From Gemmatimonadales bacterium (GTDB lineage: Bacteria; Gemmatimonadota; Gemmatimonadetes; Gemmatimonadales; GWC2-71-9): a stretch of 64,000 bases of DNA. The translations under genes were made by a program, and so were the position numbers. The notes beneath the pieces were generated by a model, which was given only the letters and a program-made list of their open reading frames with translations, did not search any database and had not been told where the DNA came from. Of this stretch, positions 46,079 to 55,591 are shown in pieces. The stretch lies in NCBI GenBank assembly GCA_037189525.1, contig JBBCJC010000005.1, positions 384,001-448,000 of the forward strand. The letters are read 5' to 3'. Numbering within the stretch: the first letter of the stretch is position 1; the number at the start of each line of letters is the position of its first letter.

Positions 46079-48592
46079 TCAGACCTCCGCCCCGATGCCG
46101 TGACGCGCAAAAAAGTCCTCTGCGGCGGTCCGGACCTGGGCCCAGGGACCGTCGACCCGGGGGGCGGCCGGCAGGCCGCTTAGGATCCAGGGCCCGTACC
46201 GGCGGGTCAGCACGCGGCTGTCGAGCAGCACGACTACCCCGGCATCCGAGCGCGATCGGATCAGCCGCCCGAACCCCTGCTTGAGCTTGAGGGCCGCGTG
46301 CGGCAACAGGTACTGGAAGAACCCGTCGACCCCCTGCTCCGCCAGACGCTCCAGCCGAGCCGCAGTCAGCGGCTCGGAGGGAACTTTGAACGGCAGCTTG
46401 GCAAGCACGAGCGTCCTGAGCGCTCGCCCGGGCACGTCGACCCCTTCCCAGAACGAGTCGGTTCCGAGAAGGATTGCATTGCCCGCCTCGCGGAACCTGC
46501 GCAGCAGCGCATCCCGCGAGCCCTGTCCCTGCACCAGCAGCGGCCAGCGGGGATCGAGCTGTGATCGCAACCGTTCCGCCGCGCGGCGGAGCGCGCCATG
46601 ACTGGTAAACAGCGCGAACATCCCGCCGTCCGAGGCGTAGGCCAGGTCCTCGATGATCTTGGTGACCGCCGCGTCGTGCGCCGCCTCGTCTTCGCGAGGA
46701 TCGGGCAAATCGGTGGGAATCCCGAACAGACACTGCGACGGATAGTCGAACGGCGAGGGCAGCATTTCCCGAACCGTGACCGGCGACGGACTGGCCGCGA
46801 GCCCGAGGCGGGACTCGAGAAAGTCGAATTCGCCGCCGGCCGCGAGCGTGGCGCTGGTGAGCACGACGGTTTTGTTCCGGTCGAAAACCAGCTCCCGGAG
46901 AATGGGCGCCAGCTCGAGCGGCACGGCCGCCAGCGACACCGTCTGCCCCTTGAGACCGGACCGCTGCACCCATCGGACGATCGGCGGGCCTCCACCAACG
47001 GGGCGGAGAGTCTGATTGAGAGCATCGCGCGCCGAATCGAGCCGTCGGACCACGCCTTTCACTTCCTGGAGCAGCTGGGTTCTGCGCTCGCTTGCTTCGC
47101 CGAGACTCATCCGGTCGGCCACGGTCTCGACATCGTCGGCCACCCGTTTGAACGCGCCGACCAGCGCGTCGACTTCGCGCCTGAGTCCCTCGTCCCAGAT
47201 CGGGTCCTTGGCAAACTCGTCGGTCAGCCGCGTCGGCGCTCCGCCGTCTGCCATCAACCGAAGCAGCAGGCGCTGAAACATCGCTTCCGCCGCCCCGCGC
47301 GCCTCGGCAATGGCCGGACCGAGCCGCTCGGCGATCATGGCCAGGCTGGCGCGAGCCAGGACATCGCCATCCCGCGAAAGCTCCCGCGCCAGCGTCGGGA
47401 CGAGGCCGCGCCCGTTGCGCTCGAGCCTGCCGAGCAAGCGACGGACACCGGCGCTGGAAATCTGCTTGCCCAGGTGCGTAGCCGACACATCTTCCAGATG
47501 GTGGGCCTCGTCGAGGATCAGCCGCTGGTAGGGCGGCAGCACTGCTGCATCCTCCCAGTTATCCGACGCCTGCCGGACCGCAAGATCCGCAGCGAGCAGG
47601 TGGTGGTTGACGACCACTACATCGGCCTCTGCGGCTTTCCGCCGGGCCCGGAAGAGGAAGCACTTGTCGAACTTGGGACACTTGAGCCGCGGACACAGAT
47701 CCGACTCGGCCGATACCTCGTCCCAGACCTCGCTGGAAGGCGGCGTGGTCAGGTCGCCGATGGTCCCGTCCGCGGTGCGGGTGGCCCATTCCGCAATGCT
47801 GACCAGTTCCGCCACCCGCCCTTCGTCCAGCAGCGACTGCTGCCCGAACGAGGCCATCTCGAGCCGGGCCAGGCAGACGTAGTTGCGCCACCCTTTGAGC
47901 AGGGCAAAGGTCGGCTGCCGTTCCTCGGTGCCCAGTGCATCGCGGAGCAGCGGCAGGTCCTTGCCCACCAATTGTTCCTGCAGATTGATGGTGTTGGTGG
48001 AGATGATGGTCCGCTCGTCGTTCTTGCGAGCCCATTCGAGCGCCGGCAACAGGTACGCAAACGACTTCCCGACGCCGGTGCCCGCCTCGAGCAGCAGGAC
48101 GCCGCCGTCGTTGTAGCCGTCGGCGATGTATGCCGCCATGTCGCGCTGGCTCTGGCGATCCTCGTACTGGCCCATCTGCCTGGCTACCGGACCCTGCTCG
48201 CCCAGTTGCGCCACGATCTCGGGCGGGTCGATCGGCACTTCGACTCGGGCGCGCGGAACCTCCACCACGACGTACAGCGTGGTCGCTCCGTTGTCGATGA
48301 TACCGAACCCGACACCCGCGTCGTGAAACCGGGCAGCGACATTGAGATCGGCAAAGGAAGGTTCCAGCAGCCCGGTGGGATGGTTGTGGAGCACCATCTC
48401 CCCCCGGCGGGCGATCCCCGAAAGGGCCAGGACCATTTCCGGCGTGCCGCGCGCCACCGCGCGGGCATCCGCGATCCGGCCCTCGGTATCGAACGAGGCG
48501 ACGAAACAGACCTCGCGCCCGCCGGCATCGGCGATTTCGCGGGCGAGGTATTCCTGTACCGAAGGGAGCCACCGAGGGGACGAACCGGTCAT
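46079..48592 (-). CDS. DinG/XPD-family helicase with N-terminal JAB/MPN (RadC-like) domain
   Basis: REVCF...HNHPTGLLEPSFAD; EAGTGVGKS; Fe-S cysteines NYVC...CPRLKCPKFDKC; DEAH; TSATL; FWEGVD; QGFGRLIR. Confidence 0.9.
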   Translation of the reverse strand: MTGSSPRWLPSVQEYLAREIADAGGREVCFVASFDTEGRIADARAVARGTPEMVLALSGIARRGEMVLHNHPTGLLEPSFADLNVAARFHDAGVGFGIIDNGATTLYVVVEVPRARVEVPIDPPEIVAQLGEQGPVARQMGQYEDRQSQRDMAAYIADGYNDGGVLLLEAGTGVGKSFAYLLPALEWARKNDERTIISTNTINLQEQLVGKDLPLLRDALGTEERQPTFALLKGWRNYVCLARLEMASFGQQSLLDEGRVAELVSIAEWATRTADGTIGDLTTPPSSEVWDEVSAESDLCPRLKCPKFDKCFLFRARRKAAEADVVVVNHHLLAADLAVRQASDNWEDAAVLPPYQRLILDEAHHLEDVSATHLGKQISSAGVRRLLGRLERNGRGLVPTLARELSRDGDVLARASLAMIAERLGPAIAEARGAAEAMFQRLLLRLMADGGAPTRLTDEFAKDPIWDEGLRREVDALVGAFKRVADDVETVADRMSLGEASERRTQLLQEVKGVVRRLDSARDALNQTLRPVGGGPPIVRWVQRSGLKGQTVSLAAVPLELAPILRELVFDRNKTVVLTSATLAAGGEFDFLESRLGLAASPSPVTVREMLPSPFDYPSQCLFGIPTDLPDPREDEAAHDAAVTKIIEDLAYASDGGMFALFTSHGALRRAAERLRSQLDPRWPLLVQGQGSRDALLRRFREAGNAILLGTDSFWEGVDVPGRALRTLVLAKLPFKVPSEPLTAARLERLAEQGVDGFFQYLLPHAALKLKQGFGRLIRSRSDAGVVVLLDSRVLTRRYGPWILSGLPAAPRVDGPWAQVRTAAEDFFARHGIGAEV

Positions 48593-48656
48593 GCCGGAAA
48601 GATAGCGAGCCGCACCGCGCCACGCGGATCGGAAAAACGCGTGGCGCGGGAGAGCG

Positions 48657-49946
48657 TCAGGTCTTGAGTTCTTTCTTCTTGGCCGCCGGAAAGAGCACGT
48701 TGTTGAGGATCAGGCGGTACCCGGGCGAATGCGGGTGGAGCGACAAGTCGGTCGGCGCGTCGCCGATCTGGTGCTGGGGATCCTCCGGGTCATGTCCGCC
48801 GAAAAAGCACCAGGTGCCCTGCCCCCGCTCCCCTCGAATGTACTTGGCCCAGGACGCCCCCGGCTCGTCGGCCAGGACCGTGACCCCCGGCTTGAGCCGA
48901 TCCTTCTTGAACGAGGTGGTGATGCCATAGAAATCGGGAATCACCTGGCGGTGGTTCTGCACCAGCATGGTAGCCACCGGATCGATCTTGGCGCTGAAGT
49001 TGAAGAGCGTGAACGTCCCGAGCTGCTGCCGCCGATCCGGCGCATTGACCTGATGGCCGTCGATATCGGCAAACACCGCGAGCGACGGGCTCGGCTCCAG
49101 CCGGGCCTCCTGAAACGCCAGCGCGCGATCCCATTTCATCTTGGCGGTCGCGTTGGGATCCATCGGACTGCCATCGGCAAAGCTCGCGGCAATGTCGATC
49201 CCGTCACTGGCCAGCGCCAGGTCGAGCGTTTCGGTTGCCGTGCACATCGCAAACAGAAACCCGCCCTGCTCCACGAACGCGGCAATCGCCTGCGCCACCG
49301 CGCGCTTGGTACTCGGCACATTGGGAAACCCGAGCTTCCGGGCAATCGCCTCGTTCCGCTCAACCATCGCATGGAGCCACGAAGCGCCGGTGTAGTTGAG
49401 GAAGAACTTGGAGTACTGGCCGGTAAAGTCTTCGTGATGCAGATGCAGCCAGTCGTAGGTGGTCAGTTTCCCCCCGGCGACTTCCTCGTCCCAGATCTGG
49501 TCGAACTTGATCCCGGCATACTGGAGCGCCATGGTGACGGCATCATCCCACGGCGCCGCATTGGGCGGCGCATAGACCGCCATCTTGGGCGCCTTCTCCA
49601 GCGGGACCGCGTCCATGTTGGCATCGCGAATCTCGGCGCGGATCTGGGTGACGGTGGCGATGTCCACCGGATGGACGGTGACACCCGAAAGCGCCGCATC
49701 GCGCGTGGTGAGCGTATCGGCCGGCAGGAGGAACGAGCCGTTCCGATAGTTGAGGAACCACTCCGCCTTGAGCTCGCGTTCGAGCACCCGAAACGTCAGG
49801 CCGTACGCCTTGAGATGATTGCTCTGGCCCTCGTCCATCGGCACGAGGAGATAGTCGGCCGCGCCACGTGGGGCCGCAGGCCACCGGCCGAGCGCGACCC
49901 CGCCGGCTCCGACCGCGCCGAGCCGCAGAAAAGTCCGTCGCTTCAT
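48657..49946 (-). CDS. Tat-exported class I glutamine amidotransferase-like protein (family often labelled asparagine synthetase B)
   Basis: MKRRTFL twin-Arg signal; PWDDAVT, DWLHLHHEDFTGQY, GGFLFAMCTA, GGHDPED, YRLILNNVLFPAAKKK. Confidence 0.7.
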   Translation of the reverse strand: MKRRTFLRLGAVGAGGVALGRWPAAPRGAADYLLVPMDEGQSNHLKAYGLTFRVLERELKAEWFLNYRNGSFLLPADTLTTRDAALSGVTVHPVDIATVTQIRAEIRDANMDAVPLEKAPKMAVYAPPNAAPWDDAVTMALQYAGIKFDQIWDEEVAGGKLTTYDWLHLHHEDFTGQYSKFFLNYTGASWLHAMVERNEAIARKLGFPNVPSTKRAVAQAIAAFVEQGGFLFAMCTATETLDLALASDGIDIAASFADGSPMDPNATAKMKWDRALAFQEARLEPSPSLAVFADIDGHQVNAPDRRQQLGTFTLFNFSAKIDPVATMLVQNHRQVIPDFYGITTSFKKDRLKPGVTVLADEPGASWAKYIRGERGQGTWCFFGGHDPEDPQHQIGDAPTDLSLHPHSPGYRLILNNVLFPAAKKKELKT

Positions 49947-51670
49947 CCGGGAGGTATGACTCCTTTGGCCTGATCGAGCAGGCGGCGCGCCTGCGGAGCG
50001 ACCGCACTCGTCGGATAGCTCAGCAGCACGGTTTCGAGTGTCGCAATCGCCTCGGGCTTCCGATCGAGGCCGATCTGAATCCGGGCCAGCTCGAACCCGG
50101 CGGCCGCCGCGCTGGCGGGAATCTTGAGTTCCGTGACGCGATCGAGGAGACGCGCCGCTCCCTGGGCATCCCCCGCGCCGAGCCGAACCCGCCCGGCCAG
50201 CAGCAGCAGCTCCGCGCCACCCCGCTCCGCCGCTAATGTCCCGCCCAATTGCTCGAGCTGGCTCGCCGCGTTCACGCTGTCCCGCCGCTCGAGGCCCAGC
50301 AGCGCCTGGCCCAATGCCGGCATGCTGTCGCCGTCGATGACCTGGAGCAACGCCAGCACCGTGGTTCGGGAGACCGCCGCTTCCCGCGCACCGGCAAACG
50401 GTCCCGCATAACGAAGCAACTCGGCGCCGGCGCGAATGTCGCCCTGGTAGAGCTTGATCCAGCCCTGCATAGCAAGGCCCTCGACGGTGCTATCCTGGGC
50501 AATTGCCGCCGCGGCCGCATCCAGTTTGCCGGCCCGGATCCACCCCTCGGCCAATCGGAGCGTCAGTGTCTGGCGGTCTTCTTCCTTGAGGCTTCCGCTC
50601 AGCTGGGCGAGTTGTTCAGCGGCTTCCTCCATCTTGCCTTCGGAAATCAGAACCGACACCAGAGTTGCGGTCGCGGAGGCCGCCGTACCCGGCGCTGCCT
50701 TACCTTCACTCGCGATGCGCGCCAGCAGCCGCCGCGCGCCTTCGCGATCGCCGGCATCGGCATAGGCTTGCGCCGCTTCCATCCAGGCCCGGTTGGCCTG
50801 TGTCGGATCTTTGCTGCCGATGAACTCGAGCGCCGTGGCCTTCGCCAGGAATGCTTCGCGCCCCGACAGGCCGCGCACCTCCGCCAGCGCATCCTGCATC
50901 GCTTCGGTGACCCGCCCGCCCAGTTCGGCGGCCGAAGCAATCCGCTGCACTCCGCCGACGGGATCGCCCCACCGAATCATCAGCAACGACACGATCCGGG
51001 TTCCCTCCGGCCCATGCGCGCTCAGGGCTTCGAGGATGGCCGGCTGCGTGGCCGTTGCCAGTTGGCTCAGCATCGAGACCGCAGCCGACCGATAGGCAGG
51101 CACCGTCGTGATAGCCGCGACCCACTCGCGAGCGGCGGTCTCGAAATCGCGTTCGATGGTCGCCAGCTGAGCAATTTCGCCGGCCAGCGCGCTGCCACCG
51201 AGTGTGGTGCGGCCAAGCGCGTAGGCCGCTTTGGCGGTATTGCGATCGCGCGCGCCCAGCGCCGCGGAGCCCCACTCCTGAAACGGAGCCTCGGAACCGG
51301 GTTCGAGCACCGCCCACCGTTCCACCACCGCCCGAGCGCTGTCAGGCACCGCGGCCGCCATATAGACGCGAACCGCCAGGCCAAAAATGGGAATCGATGG
51401 CTGGGCACTCTGCACCGCGCGGCGCACCTCGGGCACCATATCGGCAATCTTGGCGCTCTGGCCCAGACTGCGCTCCAGTCCCAGCAAAGCGCTGATATCC
51501 GCCGGCTGAGCCGCCAGTACGGAGCGATAGAGCTCGACCGCCGCCTCGTGCTGCCCGCGTCGCTCCAGGTCGAGCCCGCGGCTGACCGGATCGGCCGACG
51601 GGCGCGACGGTTGCGCCACCAGAGCCACGGGCGTGCCAAGCACGAACGCCAGCATCAAACCGCGAATCAT
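49943..51670 (-). CDS. Exported TPR-repeat protein
   Basis: Signal MIRGLMLAFVLGTPVALVA; helical repeats; C-terminal LETVLLSYPTS..APQAR. Confidence 0.75.
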   Translation of the reverse strand: MIRGLMLAFVLGTPVALVAQPSRPSADPVSRGLDLERRGQHEAAVELYRSVLAAQPADISALLGLERSLGQSAKIADMVPEVRRAVQSAQPSIPIFGLAVRVYMAAAVPDSARAVVERWAVLEPGSEAPFQEWGSAALGARDRNTAKAAYALGRTTLGGSALAGEIAQLATIERDFETAAREWVAAITTVPAYRSAAVSMLSQLATATQPAILEALSAHGPEGTRIVSLLMIRWGDPVGGVQRIASAAELGGRVTEAMQDALAEVRGLSGREAFLAKATALEFIGSKDPTQANRAWMEAAQAYADAGDREGARRLLARIASEGKAAPGTAASATATLVSVLISEGKMEEAAEQLAQLSGSLKEEDRQTLTLRLAEGWIRAGKLDAAAAAIAQDSTVEGLAMQGWIKLYQGDIRAGAELLRYAGPFAGAREAAVSRTTVLALLQVIDGDSMPALGQALLGLERRDSVNAASQLEQLGGTLAAERGGAELLLLAGRVRLGAGDAQGAARLLDRVTELKIPASAAAAGFELARIQIGLDRKPEAIATLETVLLSYPTSAVAPQARRLLDQAKGVIPPG

Positions 51671-54600
51671 GGCGTACTCCGCGCCGACAATCGCCGGAAG
51701 TACTCGGTCACCAGCCGCCGTTCTTCGGGCGATAACTGCTGCAGCTCTTCCCAAGTCGGGAGCCGCACCGCTCCCGCCCCGGTCTGCAGGCGACGCAACG
51801 GCGCCGGAATGCTCAGCGTGTCGGTCCGCGGCGCTTCGCTCTGCCGCTCCTTCTGCTCGTCGCGCTCCTCGCCCTGCAGGGTTCGGCCGGCATCGAGCAT
51901 GCGCCGGAACAACCGTTCCTGCCGTCCCACCGTTTCGCGGTCGAGCCGGCCCGCCTCGAGGCGCCTGGCCAGCTCCCGTGCCTCCTCAGCCAGCTGCTGT
52001 GCACCAGGCGTTTGCATCTCGGCGCGGAACCGCTCGAGTTCTTCCGCCATCTTGCGCTGCCGTTCGGCCAGCGCCTGCATCTGCCCGCCGACCTGCTGCT
52101 GGCTCATCATCATCGACAGCAGGTTGTTGCCGTCCTGACTCATGCTGCCCTGCTGCCCGGCCATCTGCTGCATCCGCTGCATCGCTTCCGCAACGCCGGA
52201 AGCCGACGACGATCCCGACACGTCATCCCGAGACCGAAGCATCTGGAACGCCGCGACGTTGAGCGCATCGACCGCTTCGCCCGCTTGCTGCGTGGCATCC
52301 CGCAGGTTGGCCGACGCCGATGAGACCGCCTCGCGGGCGCGCGCCATCTGCAAGCGGGCCTGCAGCAACGCCGCGCCGATCTGCGGCGAGATCAGCGCAT
52401 TCTTACCGCTCACCGCCAGCACCTGCTCGACGATCTTCTGGACCCCTTCTTCGATGACCGCCTGCTCCTGGCGCGACTGGCCGACCGGCATCCCGCGTCC
52501 GATGGCCGTACTGAGCGCGTACTGGCGCTGGCTCAGCCGCGCGGTTTCGGCCAGCGCGCGGTCCAGCGCATCGACCACTTCCTGCCGCCAGGCGTCCTGC
52601 TGCTCCTCACGCTGCTCCTGCACCTTCTGCTCGACCTGCTCCATCTGCTGCGCAGCCTGCTCGCCCTTGGACTTGGCCTCCTGCGCCTTGCCCTGCTGCG
52701 CCGACTGCGCCGCGTCCCGCATCTGCTCGGCGGCCTGCTTTGCCTGCTGCGCACTCGACTCGAGCGCGGACTTCCGCTCCTGGTTATCCAGCTGCTTGGC
52801 CGCCTGCTCGAGTCCCTGCGCGACGGAATCCGTCCGGGCCGCGAGTTGCTGCTCGGCCGCCGACGACGCGGCCGCATTGGCGCTGTCGCTCGAGGCCATC
52901 TTCTCGTTCCACTCTTCCTGCTGCTCCCGCACTTCGCGAGACTCCTGCTCCAGGCTCGAGAGTTCGCCCTCGAGCGCCGCGCGCCGGAAAAGTTCCTTGG
53001 TGCGCTCGAGCGCCTCCCGCAGCTTCTGCTGCGCTTCCGCAAGATTGGCCAGCGCCTCCTTGGTCGACTGCGGGTCCAGTTTCTCGAGCGCCTGCCGGAG
53101 CTGCTCCAGATGCTGCCGCATCTCGGGCGAAATCGCCTTGTCGAGCTGCGCCCGAATCTCGTCGAGCTGCCGGCGGAAGGACGAGTCCGAAATACCGCCC
53201 TGCTCCGCCGACCGCTCCAGCTGTTCCAACCGCTCGCCTAACGCCTCGGCCTGATCGATCAGCTCCTGCTGGTCGCGTGCTACCTGCTCGGCCTTCTTGG
53301 CTTCGTCGAACGAAAGCGATTGCTCACCCCGCCGGCTGCTTTCGCCGCTCCGCTGCCGCTCCCGGCTCAAGTCCTCGGTCTGTCGCTGCAGGTTCCGGCT
53401 TTCCGCCACCAGCGAGTCGATCGTCTTCCCGATTTCCTGGCTGGCCGACCGCTGCTCCTGCCTGGTCTCGCTTCGGGTCGGCACGATCAGCACGAACTCG
53501 CGCGACCGGCCCAGCTGCGCACGCGGTGCGTTGTCCCGGGCTTCGACCCAGTAGGACAGCGTATCGCCCGGTACGAGACCGAGCCGGGTCAGGTCGAGGC
53601 GGGTATCGAGCAGCGCGCGCTCCGCGATACCGCCCTCGAGCGGCAAGCCGACCACCGCCGCCTGTCCGTTGCGATGGACCCGGGTGTGGAGCGAGACGCC
53701 GACGACGCCGTAATCGTCACGCACATCGATGACCAGCGGCACCTCACCGGTCAGCGCCGGCATGGTGTCACGCCCCGGAACCGGAACCTCGACCTCCGGC
53801 ACCTGGTCCGGCACCATGATGACCGGGATCCGCACCGGATCGCCGCCTAACGGGGCGCCATCGGAGGTGGTCAGATCGAGCGCCAGCACCCCGGACTCCG
53901 TCGGCGTGACGGCGCCACCGAAGCTCATCCCGTCGACCCGCAACGCAATGGTGCGCGACCCGACGCTCCAGGCGGCAGACGCCAGCTCCGCAGTCGTCTC
54001 TCCCGCCGCGGTCAGTCGAGTGCCTTCGGGAAGCAGCAGGGTGTCACCGGAGACCGGGAGCACCTCGTCGTCCAGCTTGAGATAGCTGGGATAGTTCGCC
54101 GTCAGGGTCAGCCGGCCGAGAAAGACGGGCAGCCGGACCCGAACCATGACGGTATCGGAGGATCGGCCTCCGCTTGCTACGAAGGCAAAGAGATCGCCTT
54201 CGAGCGGACCGATGGTCCGTGTCGCCCGCCCCGTCGAATCCAGTTCCACCCGCTCGCGCCGCCACTGTTCACCCTTGCCGCGCAGCCAGAGTTCGGCATC
54301 GCGGCGCCCCGCGGCCCGGAGCCCTATGGCGATGGATTCGCCCCGATCGACCGCATCCCGATCGACCGTCAGCTGCACCGGCGCCACGAAGGTGGCCCAC
54401 GCCTCCGCCGGAGACCACAACAGCGCCACCGGACCCGCCAGGGGCCGAGTACCCAGCAAGGCTACCGCGCCGAGCCCGGCGGCAATCAGACCCAGCCGGC
54501 CGGACGAGCGCCACCGCTGCCGGATCGGATCGAGCGCCAGGGCGCCGCGCTGGCCCAAGGCATCCGCAGCCGCCTGGTCCGCAGCAGCAAAGAGTGCGGG

Positions 54601-54936
54601 GCTGGTGCCGTCGGAGGCCCCATCGAGCACTCCGGTTACCGCGCCGCGTCGCCACCCCGGCGTGCCTTCCACCGTCCGGGCCACGGCCCGCATCGCGACC
54701 CGCCCGGATCGATGCCGCGCCACCAGTCCCGCCGCACCGATGGCAACGAACGCCAATATCCACGTCACCACGACCCAGAGCGGCGAACGTACCACGCCCA
54801 GCCGCACCAGCCACGCCGCCACGGCAATGGCCAGGAGCGCGGCACCCAACCCGGCTGCTGCCGCCGCGGCAAAGCCCAACCGCCTGAGCGGGCGCGCCAG
54901 ATCGGCCAGGGCGCGAGGAGTCCGGTCCGCCGTCAC
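51667..54936 (-). CDS. DUF4175-like membrane-anchored protein with Ig-like domains and long Q/E-rich coiled coil
   Basis: Three N-terminal TM segments, YPSYL, DDYG, GDTLSYWVEARDN, coiled coil, RQERLFRRMLDA, C-terminal EYFRRL. Confidence 0.75.
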   Translation of the reverse strand: MTADRTPRALADLARPLRRLGFAAAAAAGLGAALLAIAVAAWLVRLGVVRSPLWVVVTWILAFVAIGAAGLVARHRSGRVAMRAVARTVEGTPGWRRGAVTGVLDGASDGTSPALFAAADQAAADALGQRGALALDPIRQRWRSSGRLGLIAAGLGAVALLGTRPLAGPVALLWSPAEAWATFVAPVQLTVDRDAVDRGESIAIGLRAAGRRDAELWLRGKGEQWRRERVELDSTGRATRTIGPLEGDLFAFVASGGRSSDTVMVRVRLPVFLGRLTLTANYPSYLKLDDEVLPVSGDTLLLPEGTRLTAAGETTAELASAAWSVGSRTIALRVDGMSFGGAVTPTESGVLALDLTTSDGAPLGGDPVRIPVIMVPDQVPEVEVPVPGRDTMPALTGEVPLVIDVRDDYGVVGVSLHTRVHRNGQAAVVGLPLEGGIAERALLDTRLDLTRLGLVPGDTLSYWVEARDNAPRAQLGRSREFVLIVPTRSETRQEQRSASQEIGKTIDSLVAESRNLQRQTEDLSRERQRSGESSRRGEQSLSFDEAKKAEQVARDQQELIDQAEALGERLEQLERSAEQGGISDSSFRRQLDEIRAQLDKAISPEMRQHLEQLRQALEKLDPQSTKEALANLAEAQQKLREALERTKELFRRAALEGELSSLEQESREVREQQEEWNEKMASSDSANAAASSAAEQQLAARTDSVAQGLEQAAKQLDNQERKSALESSAQQAKQAAEQMRDAAQSAQQGKAQEAKSKGEQAAQQMEQVEQKVQEQREEQQDAWRQEVVDALDRALAETARLSQRQYALSTAIGRGMPVGQSRQEQAVIEEGVQKIVEQVLAVSGKNALISPQIGAALLQARLQMARAREAVSSASANLRDATQQAGEAVDALNVAAFQMLRSRDDVSGSSSASGVAEAMQRMQQMAGQQGSMSQDGNNLLSMMMSQQQVGGQMQALAERQRKMAEELERFRAEMQTPGAQQLAEEARELARRLEAGRLDRETVGRQERLFRRMLDAGRTLQGEERDEQKERQSEAPRTDTLSIPAPLRRLQTGAGAVRLPTWEELQQLSPEERRLVTEYFRRLSARSTP

Positions 54937-54937
54937 G

Positions 54938-55591
54938 TCAGCGGCTTCCGACCGCGTAGACGAACAGATTCACACCCATCCGGAGCGCCTGTTCATGTTG
55001 TTCCGGCGTATCATCGTGGACCGCGAGATCCTCCCAGCCGTCACCCAAATCCGACTCGTAGCTGTAGTAGACCACCAGTTTGCCGTCGAGGAAAATGCCG
55101 AATCCCTGCGCCGGCTTCCCGTCATGCTCATGGATTTTCGGCAGCCCCTTGGGAAAGGCATAGACGACCCGGTAAATCGGATGATCCCAAGGCACCTCGA
55201 CCAGCGGACGATCGGGATAGAGCCGCGCCAGCTCCCGGCGGATCGACTCGTCCATCCCGTAGTTGTCGTCGATATGCAGAAAGCCGCCCTGCCCGAGGTA
55301 CCGGCGGAGCGTCGCCAGGTCCGCATCGCTCCATTTGACGTTGCCGTGCCCCGTCATGTGGAGGTACGGCACCTGCCACAACTCGTCGTCACTCAACCGC
55401 ACCACGCGCTCCCGCTCGGTCACCCGAAGCGGCGTGCGCTCGCTCACCGCCTTGAGCAGGTTCGGGAGACTCGACGGATTGGCATACCAGTCGCCGCCGC
55501 CGTCGTAATGCAAGCGACCGATCGTCATCCGTTCCTGAGCCTCGAGGCCGAACGGCCCGGCCAAGAGGGCCAGCAGGATCCAGCCTTTCAT
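54938..55591 (-). CDS. DUF4159 domain protein (exported)
   Basis: Signal peptide; YDGGGDWYANP, MTGHG, GGFLHIDDNYG, PKIHEHDG, DLGDGWED, ALRMGVN. Confidence 0.85.
   Translation of the reverse strand: MKGWILLALLAGPFGLEAQERMTIGRLHYDGGGDWYANPSSLPNLLKAVSERTPLRVTERERVVRLSDDELWQVPYLHMTGHGNVKWSDADLATLRRYLGQGGFLHIDDNYGMDESIRRELARLYPDRPLVEVPWDHPIYRVVYAFPKGLPKIHEHDGKPAQGFGIFLDGKLVVYYSYESDLGDGWEDLAVHDDTPEQHEQALRMGVNLFVYAVGSR

Noticed and set aside
46079..48592. CasDinG / type IV CRISPR or other defence system
   Set aside because: No cas genes or repeat-spacer array anywhere in the window; neighbours are housekeeping and envelope genes
48657..49946. Asparagine synthetase B assignment
   Set aside because: Lacks AsnB catalytic motifs and carries a Tat signal
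46598..52138. 689 aa and 629 aa + strand ORFs
   Set aside because: Antisense shadows of dinG and the TPR/DUF4175 genes
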